DNA of 64,000 nt from Candidatus Moraniibacteriota bacterium (lineage in GTDB: Bacteria > Patescibacteriota > Minisyncoccia > Moranbacterales > UBA1568), in the NCBI GenBank assembly GCA_013334245.1, contig JAAXXZ010000004.1, forward strand, positions 127 to 64,126. Reading direction: 5' to 3'. Made by a program: the position numbers and the translations under genes. How positions within the stretch are numbered: the stretch's first letter is position 1; every line of letters begins with the position of its first letter. The notes below the pieces were generated by a model. It saw nothing but the letters and a program-made list of their open reading frames with translations, was not told the origin of the DNA and did no database searches. Positions 20,630 through 29,139 of this stretch are shown one piece after another.

Positions 20630-21734
20630 AGCTTCGGATGTAGTTCATCCCGCCGATGTTTTTCGCGAGTCCTTTTATCTCGAGCATCGTAAGGGCTGAG
20701 CCGGCTTCGCTTGTTCCAAGATGCGATGATTTGATGATTTCGTCAACATGAGCCGCTTCGTGCGTGAGCAGCGAAAGGATTTTTTCTTCCGACGGGGAGA
20801 GGTTTTTCGGTGTCGGTTTCGTGGCCGTTCCGGTGTCCGGTATCGGAGCGTCCTGATTCCCGCGGAGCGGGAGTTCCTCAAGTATGTCCCCGATGCCTCG
20901 CACGAGTTTCGCCCCGTCACGGATCAGGCGGTGCGTACCTGTCGAAGCGGGGGAGAATATGGATCCGGGCACGGCAAACACCTCGCGGCCGCATTCGAGC
21001 GCGTGGGTCGCCGTGATGAGCGAGCCGCTCTTCTCGGTTGCCTCCACGACGACCACGCCCAGGGAGAGCGCGGCTATGATCCGGTTACGGGCCGGAAAGG
21101 TACCGCGACCTGCCGCGGTGCCTGGCGGGTACTCCGAAATGAGGCATCCCGATTCCATGATCCGTTTCGCGAGGGGAAGGTGATCCTTGGGATGGATGGA
21201 TGCGTCATCGAGACCGTTGCCGAGGACAGCGATCGTCTTGTCGTCCGCCCGGAGCGTGGCGCCGTGCGCGACCGAGTCTATGCCGTATGCGAGGCCGGAC
21301 ACGACGACGATTCCGGCTCGCGACAGATCCTCGGCGATACGTTCGGCGGCCTGACGGCCGTACGCGGTGTGGTTGCGCGAACCGACGATGGATACCATGG
21401 GAACGTTCCAATCGTCGAAAGACCCGCGTACATAGAGGAGTGATATCGGGAACGGCGCCTCGCGGAGAAGCGTTGGGAATGTCTTGTCCGTCGACGGAAG
21501 GATGCGGATGTCATCGCGATCAAGAATCGGCCGTTCCCGTTCGGGATTGATCGTGTTTCGTCCCGCGATTATCGCGTCCAGCGTGTCTCGGCTCATCCCG
21601 GTCCGCTCCAAGGTCGAGGCATCCGCGTGCCATGCCTCCTCCCCGGATTCGAACGCCGCCATGAGCGAGCGGAGCCGGGTCTGTCCGATGCCGGGGATTT
21701 TCCGAAAACAGTGCCAATAGATCGAATCTTCCAT
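20628..21734 (-). CDS. dprA: DNA-processing protein DprA
   Basis: IVGSR, VSGLAYGID, FPARNRIIA, VEATEKSGSLITA, GREVFAVPG; start ATG 21734. Confidence 0.95.
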   Translation of the reverse strand: MEDSIYWHCFRKIPGIGQTRLRSLMAAFESGEEAWHADASTLERTGMSRDTLDAIIAGRNTINPERERPILDRDDIRILPSTDKTFPTLLREAPFPISLLYVRGSFDDWNVPMVSIVGSRNHTAYGRQAAERIAEDLSRAGIVVVSGLAYGIDSVAHGATLRADDKTIAVLGNGLDDASIHPKDHLPLAKRIMESGCLISEYPPGTAAGRGTFPARNRIIAALSLGVVVVEATEKSGSLITATHALECGREVFAVPGSIFSPASTGTHRLIRDGAKLVRGIGDILEELPLRGNQDAPIPDTGTATKPTPKNLSPSEEKILSLLTHEAAHVDEIIKSSHLGTSEAGSALTMLEIKGLAKNIGGMNYIRS

Positions 21735-21741
21735 TTTCTGT

Positions 21742-21831
21742 AACTTACAACTTACCACTGATAACTTACAACAGGAGTCAGAAAAAGTTCCCCTTTTCTC
21801 GTTGTTGGTTGTGAGTCGTCAGTTGTCAGTT
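21742..21831. repeat. Second inverted heptamer array pair
   Basis: aacttac aacttac cactgat aacttac / gttggtt gtgagtc gtcagtt gtcagtt. Confidence 0.85.
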
Positions 21832-21879
21832 CTAATAATAGACAAAACCTTTCCATTGGGCTAGGATATCTGGGAATAT

Positions 21880-21956
21880 GGGCCGTTAGCTCAGTTGGTT
21901 AGAGCGCCGCATTTGCAATGCGGAGGTCGCCGGTTCGAATCCGGCACGGTCCACCA
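21880..21956 (+). tRNA. tRNA-Ala(TGC)
   Basis: Cloverleaf, G3:U70, anticodon loop TTTGCAA, encoded CCA. Confidence 0.97.
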
Positions 21957-21978
21957 CAATCCATCGGGAGTTGTGTCC

Positions 21979-22040
21979 CGGAGGTCGCCGGCCCGTCTCG
22001 CCGTTCGCGAACGGCAGGGTTCGAATCCGGCACGGTCCAC
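21979..22040 (+). repeat. Copy of tRNA-Ala 3' part with 28-nt palindromic insertion
   Basis: Matches 21921-21954 exactly apart from insert 21992-22019. Confidence 0.9.
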
Positions 22041-22053
22041 ATTGATCATCCGT

Positions 22054-22695
22054 ATGGATATCGAAGAAATTCATTCCACAGTAGAGTGGGCGAAAGGCCT
22101 GACGGGCGGTGACGTTTCAGTTTCGAAGGAAAAGTATGGCGATCAGAGCTCGGTGCTCAGGCTGAATCTTTTGACGGATACCTTTTTCCTGAAAATCGGC
22201 AAGGGATTGGCGATGGAACGTGACCGGCTCGAATGGCTGGGGAAAAAAGTCTCCGTCCCGAGGGTGATTGGCTACACGGAAATCGACGGTAATGAGGCCT
22301 TGTTGCTGTCGGCAATCGAAGGAAAAAATCTCGCGGAACTGAAGAAGGAATGGCGAGCTGAAAAAGTGGTTGACGCTTTGGTTTTGTCGCTCAAGCGATT
22401 TCATTCTGTCGACGTGAAGGATTTCCCGTTCGGTGGCGCAGGAAAAGTGCTCGTGCACGGAGACGCCTGCCTTCCTAACTTCATTTTTAACGGAGATGAA
22501 CTTTCCGGTTATGTCGATGTGGGAGGTACGGCAGTCGATGACGTAGAGGCCGATTTTTCGGCGGCTATCTGGAGCTTGCACTATAATCTCGGTCCGGGAT
22601 ACGGGGCGATGTTCTTGAAACGGTATGGAATAGGGAATGTCGCGGACGAGTACGTGGAAATACTGAGGTTGCGTTACGAAGATAAGCAGGATTAG
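22054..22695 (+). CDS. Aminoglycoside phosphotransferase APH(3')-like kinase (short form)
   Basis: FLK, ERDRLEWL, VPRVIGY, HGDACLPN, GYVDVG. Confidence 0.85.
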   Translation: MDIEEIHSTVEWAKGLTGGDVSVSKEKYGDQSSVLRLNLLTDTFFLKIGKGLAMERDRLEWLGKKVSVPRVIGYTEIDGNEALLLSAIEGKNLAELKKEWRAEKVVDALVLSLKRFHSVDVKDFPFGGAGKVLVHGDACLPNFIFNGDELSGYVDVGGTAVDDVEADFSAAIWSLHYNLGPGYGAMFLKRYGIGNVADEYVEILRLRYEDKQD

Positions 22696-22706
22696 TGGGA
22701 ACTCAT

Positions 22707-23360
22707 ATGATAGCGGATGTTGAGACGAGAAAAATGAACGCAAAGGAGGCGCTCCGGCGGCTGCGGAAAGCGTACAAGGTGACGGGACCGTTCGTGGAAT
22801 GGTCGAACCCGCTCGAGTTGGTCGTGGGGACGGCGCTTTCGGCGCAGTGTACCGATGAGCGGGTGAACATGGTCACGCTGGAGCTGTTCAGGAAATACAA
22901 GACGGCGCATGACTATGCCGATGCCGACCAGTCGACCCTTGAAAAGGAAATCTACTCGACCGGCTTCTTCCGCAACAAGGCGAAGAATCTTCGCGGAATG
23001 GGAAGGGTGCTGGTCGAACGTTTCGGCGGCGAAGTTCCGGATACGCTCGAGGAGCTTCTCGCTCTCCCCGGAATCTCGAACAAGACTGCCTATATCGTGC
23101 TTGCCAAGGCGTTCGGGAAGATGGAGGGACTCGCGGTCGATACGCACGTGTTCCGACTGGCGCCACGGCTTGGCTGGAGTAACGCGAAGACGCCGGAAAA
23201 GATGTCGCGGGAATTGGGCGAGCTCTTCCCGAGGGAGGACTATCTCGACGTGAACGAATACCTCATCACACATGGTCGTGCGGTCTGTTCGCCTCGGAGT
23301 CCGAAGTGCGGCGAATGCGTCCTCTCGGATATCTGTCCTTCGTCGGGGACATTCGCCTAG
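22707..23360 (+). CDS. nth: Endonuclease III
   Basis: LSAQCTD, HhH LLALPGISNKTA, AVDTHV, CSPRSPKCGECVLSDIC 4Fe-4S motif. Confidence 0.95.
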   Translation: MIADVETRKMNAKEALRRLRKAYKVTGPFVEWSNPLELVVGTALSAQCTDERVNMVTLELFRKYKTAHDYADADQSTLEKEIYSTGFFRNKAKNLRGMGRVLVERFGGEVPDTLEELLALPGISNKTAYIVLAKAFGKMEGLAVDTHVFRLAPRLGWSNAKTPEKMSRELGELFPREDYLDVNEYLITHGRAVCSPRSPKCGECVLSDICPSSGTFA

Positions 23361-23449
23361 CGGATGTGGTATACTCCCGGTAATGAATCGGACATCTCCG
23401 CCGTTTCGCGTCGTTGGTCGTCCGTCATATAAACCGTGTCCTGCGGACT

Positions 23450-26110
23450 ATGTTGTTTCTCGTCTTCGTGGTCGGTCTCATCGGATTCAAGGTTCTTTTG
23501 TCGAGAGTGCAGGTGCTTGAGCGTAAGGTGACGGAATTGGAACATTCGGCTCCGATAGGGAGTCGGGAGACGGCGCGTCCCGTTCCCGTGCAATCGGTTC
23601 CGAATGCTATGCCAGCGTCATCCGGGGGCGCGCCGGTGACACTTGCACGGACCGCGGCACAAGAAACGATCGCACCGGCAGCTTCGATGTCGCAACCGAA
23701 AAAGTCGGAACCCGTTTCGATTCCCGAATCGGCAGGTTTCATGAAGACGACGTTGAACCGAATGGAGTCCGGCTCTTCCGAAAAGGGAACTCTCGAATCG
23801 AATATCGGAGGAAAACTTTTCACAGGCATCGGAGCCATCGCGGTCCTATTGGGAGTCGGATTCTTTTTCCGTTACGCGATCGAGGTCGGAATCATAACTG
23901 AGCCGGTCCGCGTCCTGCTCGGTATCCTTGCCGGCGTGGCGCTTCTCGTCGTCGGTCAGGTGCTGATGGGGAAATATGCCCGCTACTCCCAGATCTTGAC
24001 CGGCACGGGAATCGGCATGCTCTATCTTTCGCTTTACTTCGGATACGCGTCGTACGACCTCCTGTCTCAGGCGTTCGCGTTCGTACTCATGATCCTCGTG
24101 ACGGTCGTCGGTATCGCCCTTGCGCTCCGTCACGACTCGGTCTATCTCGCCCTCTTCGCGCAGATAGGCGGATTCCTTACCCCGTTGCTCGTGTCGGACG
24201 GTGGAAGCGCGACGCATCAGCTGTTCCTCTATATGCTGCTGCTTGACGCCGGCATGGTCGTGGTTGCCTGGAAGAAGCTGTGGATGCCGCTCACGTTGGT
24301 GAGTTTCATCGGAACGGCGCTTTTGTACTCCATGTGGTTTTCCAATTCTTTCGGTCCTTCACAAGCGGGGGTCGCTTCCATATACGCGTCGTTGTTCTTC
24401 ATTTTCTTCTTCGCGGTATCCGTGCTCCGTCAGACGCGGCATCACGAGCCTTCGGAAGCCAAGGAGGCGATACTCGTGCTTTTAAACGCGGGATATTTCC
24501 TTTTCATCGGTCTGGCGATACTCGAGCAGGTCCGCCCGGAACTCCGCGGAACATTCGCGTTCATCTTCGCCGCGTTGCACGGAATCGCCGCCTTCATGTT
24601 CCGCGAATACGGTGAGCGATTCAGGATGTTCACCAAGTTTCTCGCAAGCATCTCGGTCGTCACGTTGGCCATCGGTATCCCGATCCAGTTCGATCGGATG
24701 TACGTGACCATCGGTTGGGCGGCCCAGGGCGCCGTGCTGGCGTATCTCGGTTTCGCTCTCCGTTCGCGTCTCTTGCGCTCGTTCTCGCTGATCGCGTTCC
24801 TTCTGGTCTTCCTTCGTCTCCTTTCCGTCGATACGTTCGGCATCGCGGCCTCGGAGCCGTGGCTGAACGGCCGGATGATCAGCCTCCTGTTTTCCGTGAT
24901 TGCCTACGGCGTGGCGATATTCTTTTTCCATAAAGGGAAGGGAGACGCTTCTCCCGAGGAGTCGTCGTCGGTTTCCTTCCTGCTTCTCACCGGCCTTTTC
25001 ATGACTTTCGTTACCGGAAGCGCGCAGTCGTTCGGATATCATCCCGCCTGGGTGACGATCCTGTTCTGGTCGGTACTCGCGTTCGGTTCGGCGGTCGTTT
25101 CCTTCGGATTGAAGAACCGCGTCGGTCGCGTCTTCTCGCTTGTCCTGACCATGGCAATCCTCCTCGGGACGGTTTCATGGAGCGGACTTTTGTCGGCTTC
25201 GGTATCGGTCGGATTTCCGGGAAGCAGGATATTGGCGGCCGCGTTCGGACTGATCGTGATGGCGGGCATATTCTTCCTGTATCGTACTTCCGAAGGGGAG
25301 GATCGTCCGGAGGAACGGGACATAGCGACGACATTGCTGCTTCTTGAGGCATATCTGCTTACTGTATGGGTCGGGAGCGCCGAAATCGACCGTGTCGGTC
25401 CGTCATTCTGGATTCCCTTGTTCGCGGCCGCCGCATCGACGTTCGCCGGATGGATCTCATCGCGGTTCCGCGAATCGGCCGTACTCGGGGTGAACTATGC
25501 CGGTCTCATGATTTCGGGAATCGCGGCGATATTCATGAATCACGACGCCGCGGTCGCTTTTTCCGGCATGCCTATCCTCAATGCCCGAGTTCTCGTATTT
25601 CTCGTGGTGATCTTGTCCATGCTCCTGTTCCGGCAACTGTTGCGGCGGGAAGGAAAGAATACGCGGGTGTGGTCGGTTCCCGCCCGGAAGGCGCTTTCCT
25701 TCTTCCTGCACGCGCTCGGTTTTTTCCTCATGAATGTCGAGATATACGATGCCTTGTCTCCGACGTTGAGGCCGGTTTCCGGAGCTAAAACCGATTCGGT
25801 TCGACACGCGCAAAGCATGCGCAACGCGGCCCTGTCCGTGGCGTGGTCCGCGTACGCTATCGCGACCCTCGCATACGGGATCGTCAGGAAAAGCTCCGCA
25901 CATCGGCTGGCGGCAATGTTCCTGTTCGGTGCCGCGATATTGAAGGTATTTCTCTATGATGCGGCCGGTCTGGATACGTTCTACCGCTTCGTATCCTATT
26001 TTTCGCTCGGCGTCCTCTTGCTGCTTGCCGGGTATGCCTATAACCGGTACCGGGACCGAATCTCCGAATTTGTCCGCGATACCGGTAGTAGCGACGTGCT
26101 TAAAGGCTGA
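23450..26110 (+). CDS. DUF2339 family polytopic membrane protein
   Basis: LESNIGGKLF..IG, GGFLTPLL, KVFLYD...RFVSYFSLG; more than 20 TM. Confidence 0.85.
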   Translation: MLFLVFVVGLIGFKVLLSRVQVLERKVTELEHSAPIGSRETARPVPVQSVPNAMPASSGGAPVTLARTAAQETIAPAASMSQPKKSEPVSIPESAGFMKTTLNRMESGSSEKGTLESNIGGKLFTGIGAIAVLLGVGFFFRYAIEVGIITEPVRVLLGILAGVALLVVGQVLMGKYARYSQILTGTGIGMLYLSLYFGYASYDLLSQAFAFVLMILVTVVGIALALRHDSVYLALFAQIGGFLTPLLVSDGGSATHQLFLYMLLLDAGMVVVAWKKLWMPLTLVSFIGTALLYSMWFSNSFGPSQAGVASIYASLFFIFFFAVSVLRQTRHHEPSEAKEAILVLLNAGYFLFIGLAILEQVRPELRGTFAFIFAALHGIAAFMFREYGERFRMFTKFLASISVVTLAIGIPIQFDRMYVTIGWAAQGAVLAYLGFALRSRLLRSFSLIAFLLVFLRLLSVDTFGIAASEPWLNGRMISLLFSVIAYGVAIFFFHKGKGDASPEESSSVSFLLLTGLFMTFVTGSAQSFGYHPAWVTILFWSVLAFGSAVVSFGLKNRVGRVFSLVLTMAILLGTVSWSGLLSASVSVGFPGSRILAAAFGLIVMAGIFFLYRTSEGEDRPEERDIATTLLLLEAYLLTVWVGSAEIDRVGPSFWIPLFAAAASTFAGWISSRFRESAVLGVNYAGLMISGIAAIFMNHDAAVAFSGMPILNARVLVFLVVILSMLLFRQLLRREGKNTRVWSVPARKALSFFLHALGFFLMNVEIYDALSPTLRPVSGAKTDSVRHAQSMRNAALSVAWSAYAIATLAYGIVRKSSAHRLAAMFLFGAAILKVFLYDAAGLDTFYRFVSYFSLGVLLLLAGYAYNRYRDRISEFVRDTGSSDVLKG

Positions 26111-26200
26111 TACGGTACTTGATTCTTTTTTCGGCTCATGGTATCCTGTCGGGGACCTCTTCGGAGGCGTTGCTCCTGTCCAGTTTGAGCCGATTCTTTC

Positions 26201-26274
26201 GGGCGATTAGCTCAGTTGGTTAGAGCGCGTCACTGATAATGACGAGGTCCCAAGTTCGAATCTTGGATCGCCCA
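26201..26274 (+). tRNA. tRNA-Ile(GAT)
   Basis: Cloverleaf, loop CTGATAA, CCA not encoded. Confidence 0.96.
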
Positions 26275-26294
26275 CACTGCCGCCGACAGGCGGT

Positions 26295-26360
26295 AAGCAC
26301 CAAGCACCAAATAACAAGGACCAAAAGATCAGTCTATGTTTGGTATTTGGAGTTTGGAAC
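26295..26360. repeat. Inverted heptamer arrays (CAAGCAC-type)
   Basis: caagcac caaataa caaggac / ttggtat ttggagt ttggaac. Confidence 0.65.
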
Positions 26361-26375
26361 GCGAAAGCGTTAGAT

Positions 26376-26449
26376 AGCGGGGTAGAGCAGTCTGGCAGCT
26401 CGTCTGGCTCATAACCAGGAGGTCGTGGGTTCGAATCCCACCCCCGCAA
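26376..26449 (+). tRNA. Initiator tRNA-fMet(CAT)
   Basis: Loop CTCATAA, unpaired 1:72, A11-U24. Confidence 0.9.
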
Positions 26450-26690
26450 CAAGGAATGAAATGACGCAGTGAAGGGGAGCGAGTGAACTGCTTCACTCGC
26501 GAGTGGGATGAGAACGGATTTCCCCTGAAAGGGAAATCAGTGGCTCGAAGAGGAATCCCACCCCCGCAACAAGGAATGAAATGACGCAGTGAAGGGGAGC
26601 GAGTGAACTGCTTCACTCGCGAGTGGGATGAGAACGGATTTCCCCTGAAAGGGAAATCAGTGGCTCGAAGAGGAATCCTACCCCCGCAAC
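26433..26690 (+). repeat. 120-bp tandem repeat x2 plus third tRNA 3'-end copy
   Basis: 26433-26552 equals 26553-26672; GAATCC(C/T)ACCCCCGCAAC at 26433, 26553, 26673. Confidence 0.95.
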
Positions 26691-26815
26691 CACGAAAAAC
26701 ATGCTATGCATGTCTCGTGGCACGGCGGAATCGTCAAGATGTTTTGTAGCGGAAATCTTTTTGAATTTCGTGGCCACGTGGCGAGCGAAACGAGTTTTGC
26801 GTGGCAAAAGACGAT

Positions 26816-27093
26816 ATGGCGTATTTTGTCTACGTTCTTGAGAGCTATGGTGACGGAAGTCTGTATATCGGATATACGGAGAACCTGAAGCGGCGATATG
26901 CCGAGCATCTTTCCGGGAAAGGAGGAAGACGACCCGAAGGAAGGACGATTGGAAGTTGATATATTTTGAAGGTTATTCCGATAAGTCCGATGCTCTCGGA
27001 AGGGAGAAATTTCTCAAGAGCGGTTCCGGAAGAAGATACCTGAAGAAACAATTGTCCCATTTTTTTTACGCTGGGAGATCGAAATCCCGATAA
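26816..27093 (+). pseudogene. Stand-alone GIY-YIG nuclease with -1 frameshift
   Basis: MAYFVYVLES..GSLYIGYTENLKRRYAEHLSGKGG, then in -1 frame KTTRRKDDWKLIYFEGYSDKSDALGREKFLKSGSGR; break near 26927; absent from ORF track. Confidence 0.85.
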
Positions 27094-27116
27094 TGCGGAA
27101 AGTTGAAGAACGATGT

Positions 27117-28967
27117 ATGTCTGGTCAGACGAATGATAAAAAGACGAAACTCCCGGCGAAGCGGATCTTCGCCTGGTATTGGAAGGTGTTGCGAACATAT
27201 CGACACGTGTTTTTTTTCGCGGTCGTCTTTTACGGGTTCGCGGCCGTTTCGGGGAGCGTCATTCCGCCGATCATCTACAAGGGTCTGACGGATGCGTTGT
27301 CTGGAACCGGTACCTTGACGATTTTCGGACATGCCGGGGCATGGGCCTGGGTCACCGCGCTCGGTTTCAACTACCTGTCGACCTATATATTGTTCAGGAT
27401 CGGAGATATCTTCTATTTCCGTCCGTATAGTCGGGCGGCGAAGGATCTCATCGACTTCACTTTCGATCGTATCGAATCACGCTCGCATGGATTCTTCGCC
27501 GATCATTTCTCCGGAAGTCTCGTATCGCAGGCGAGGCGGTATGTCGATGCGTTTGGATCCCTGTCGGATACGATCATCTACAATATCTGGATGCCGATCG
27601 TAAACCTTGTCGGAAGCCTGATCGGCCTGTTCATCTTCTCTCCTCCTCTGGCGGCGCTCTTCCTGACCAGCATGGCCATCATACTGCTGCTTCCGCTTCC
27701 GCTTCTCCGCAAGAGGATGTCGTTCGACGCGCTCGAAAGCGAGGAGGATTCGAAGGTGACCGGACGGCTGGCCGATGTCATCACGAATATCCTGACGGTG
27801 AAGATGTTCGCTTCCGGATCTGGCGAACGGAAGTCGTTCCGGGAGTTCACCGATCGCCAGGAGCATTCCCGGGGCAGGGCGGCTCGCGCGCTTCTGCATA
27901 TGATCATGTTGCAGAACGGCCTCGTCCTCGTCTTTCAGTTCGTGGGAATGGCCGTGTCGGTATGGCTCTGGTCGCGCGGGACGATCACGGTCGGAACGGT
28001 CATTCTCATGCAGGCCTATCTGATGGGCGTTTTCAGCATCGCGAACCAGTTCAACCGGTCCGTCTCCGAGATACTCCGATCGCTTGCGCGCGCGTCCGAG
28101 ATGGTGGAAATCTTCGAGTTGCCTCAGGACTTGACCGATCCGGAGCATCCCGAGACGTGCCGGATTTCCCGCGGTTCCATCGAGTTTCGTGATCTGTCGT
28201 TCCGGTATGCCGGCGGGAACGTCGTCTTTTCCCGCTTTTCGTTCGCGGTCCGCGCCGGGGAGAAGGTCGGACTCGTCGGACCTTCCGGCGGCGGAAAGTC
28301 GACGATTACGAAGCTCCTGCTCCGTTTCGCGGATCCTCAGGAGGGGGCGGTGCATATCGACGGACAGGATATCAGGAATATCCGTCAGGACGATCTCCGG
28401 AACGCCATCGCCTATGTCCCGCAGGATCCGCTCCTGTTTCATCGATCGCTGCGAGAGAACATCGCCTACGGCGATCCGAGCGCGACGGAAGCGGAAATTC
28501 TTTCCGCATCGAAGCGGGCTCATGCGCACGAATTCATCTCCAAACTGCACGAAGGATACGGTACGTTGGTCGGCGAACGCGGCGTAAAACTTTCCGGCGG
28601 CCAACGTCAGCGGATCGCCATCGCCCGAGCCATTCTCAAGAACGCTCCAATTCTCATTCTCGACGAGGCGACAAGCGCCTTGGATTCCGAGAGCGAGCAT
28701 GCGATTCAGGAAGCGCTTGCCGAGCTGATGAAAGGAAAGACGGCCATCGTCATCGCGCACCGGCTGAGTACCATCCGTCGGATGGATCGGATCGTCGTCT
28801 TGGGCGAGAACGGAACCGTCGAGGAAGAAGGTACGCACGAGGATCTGCTTGCCCGAAACGGTCACTACGCGGCACTCTGGGCCCGACAAACGGGGGGATT
28901 CATTGATGCCGATCCGGACGAGACCGATCCGCAGGACCATCCGATCCGCGACGTGCTTGATGTCTGA
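27117..28967 (+). CDS. ABC exporter, fused TMD-NBD
   Basis: GPSGGGKST, LSGGQRQR, ILDEATSALD, IAHRLSTI. Confidence 0.95.
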   Translation: MSGQTNDKKTKLPAKRIFAWYWKVLRTYRHVFFFAVVFYGFAAVSGSVIPPIIYKGLTDALSGTGTLTIFGHAGAWAWVTALGFNYLSTYILFRIGDIFYFRPYSRAAKDLIDFTFDRIESRSHGFFADHFSGSLVSQARRYVDAFGSLSDTIIYNIWMPIVNLVGSLIGLFIFSPPLAALFLTSMAIILLLPLPLLRKRMSFDALESEEDSKVTGRLADVITNILTVKMFASGSGERKSFREFTDRQEHSRGRAARALLHMIMLQNGLVLVFQFVGMAVSVWLWSRGTITVGTVILMQAYLMGVFSIANQFNRSVSEILRSLARASEMVEIFELPQDLTDPEHPETCRISRGSIEFRDLSFRYAGGNVVFSRFSFAVRAGEKVGLVGPSGGGKSTITKLLLRFADPQEGAVHIDGQDIRNIRQDDLRNAIAYVPQDPLLFHRSLRENIAYGDPSATEAEILSASKRAHAHEFISKLHEGYGTLVGERGVKLSGGQRQRIAIARAILKNAPILILDEATSALDSESEHAIQEALAELMKGKTAIVIAHRLSTIRRMDRIVVLGENGTVEEEGTHEDLLARNGHYAALWARQTGGFIDADPDETDPQDHPIRDVLDV

Positions 28968-29000
28968 AGATGACGTTTTTCCTCGTATCGTTCCATTATT

Positions 29001-29032
29001 GAGGGCCGCCCGGATGGGCGGCCTTCGTTTTT
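29001..29032 (+). terminator. Intrinsic terminator
   Basis: GGCCGCCC-ggat-GGGCGGCC followed by T-rich run. Confidence 0.8.
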
Positions 29033-29037
29033 ACCCC

Positions 29038-29065
29038 TTGACATTTTCAGAAAAAGGACTATAAT
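29038..29065 (+). promoter_or_regulatory. Sigma70 promoter
   Basis: TTGACA-N16-TATAAT. Confidence 0.7.
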
Positions 29066-29139
29066 ATGCGGTTTTATCGAACAGGGGCGTTTATGTGCGC
29101 CCGTGTCCGAAAAACGCCTAATCAGTGATACGAAGCAGT

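Noticed and set aside
21880-22040. attL/attR of a prophage or island at tRNA-Ala
   Set aside because: The two copies are only 58 bp apart, with no integrase or cargo between them.
21895-22053. N-terminal extension of the APH ORF
   Set aside because: It overlaps tRNA-Ala; the real start is probably ATG 22054.
26433-26690. CRISPR array
   Set aside because: The sequences between the 18-nt repeats are identical and 102 bp long, the repeat is a tRNA 3' end, and no cas1 or effector gene is present.
26911-26930. Programmed -1 frameshift in the GIY-YIG gene at GGGAAAG
   Set aside because: The heptamer is out of register with the reading frame (codons GGG AAA). A 1-bp deletion or sequencing error is simpler.
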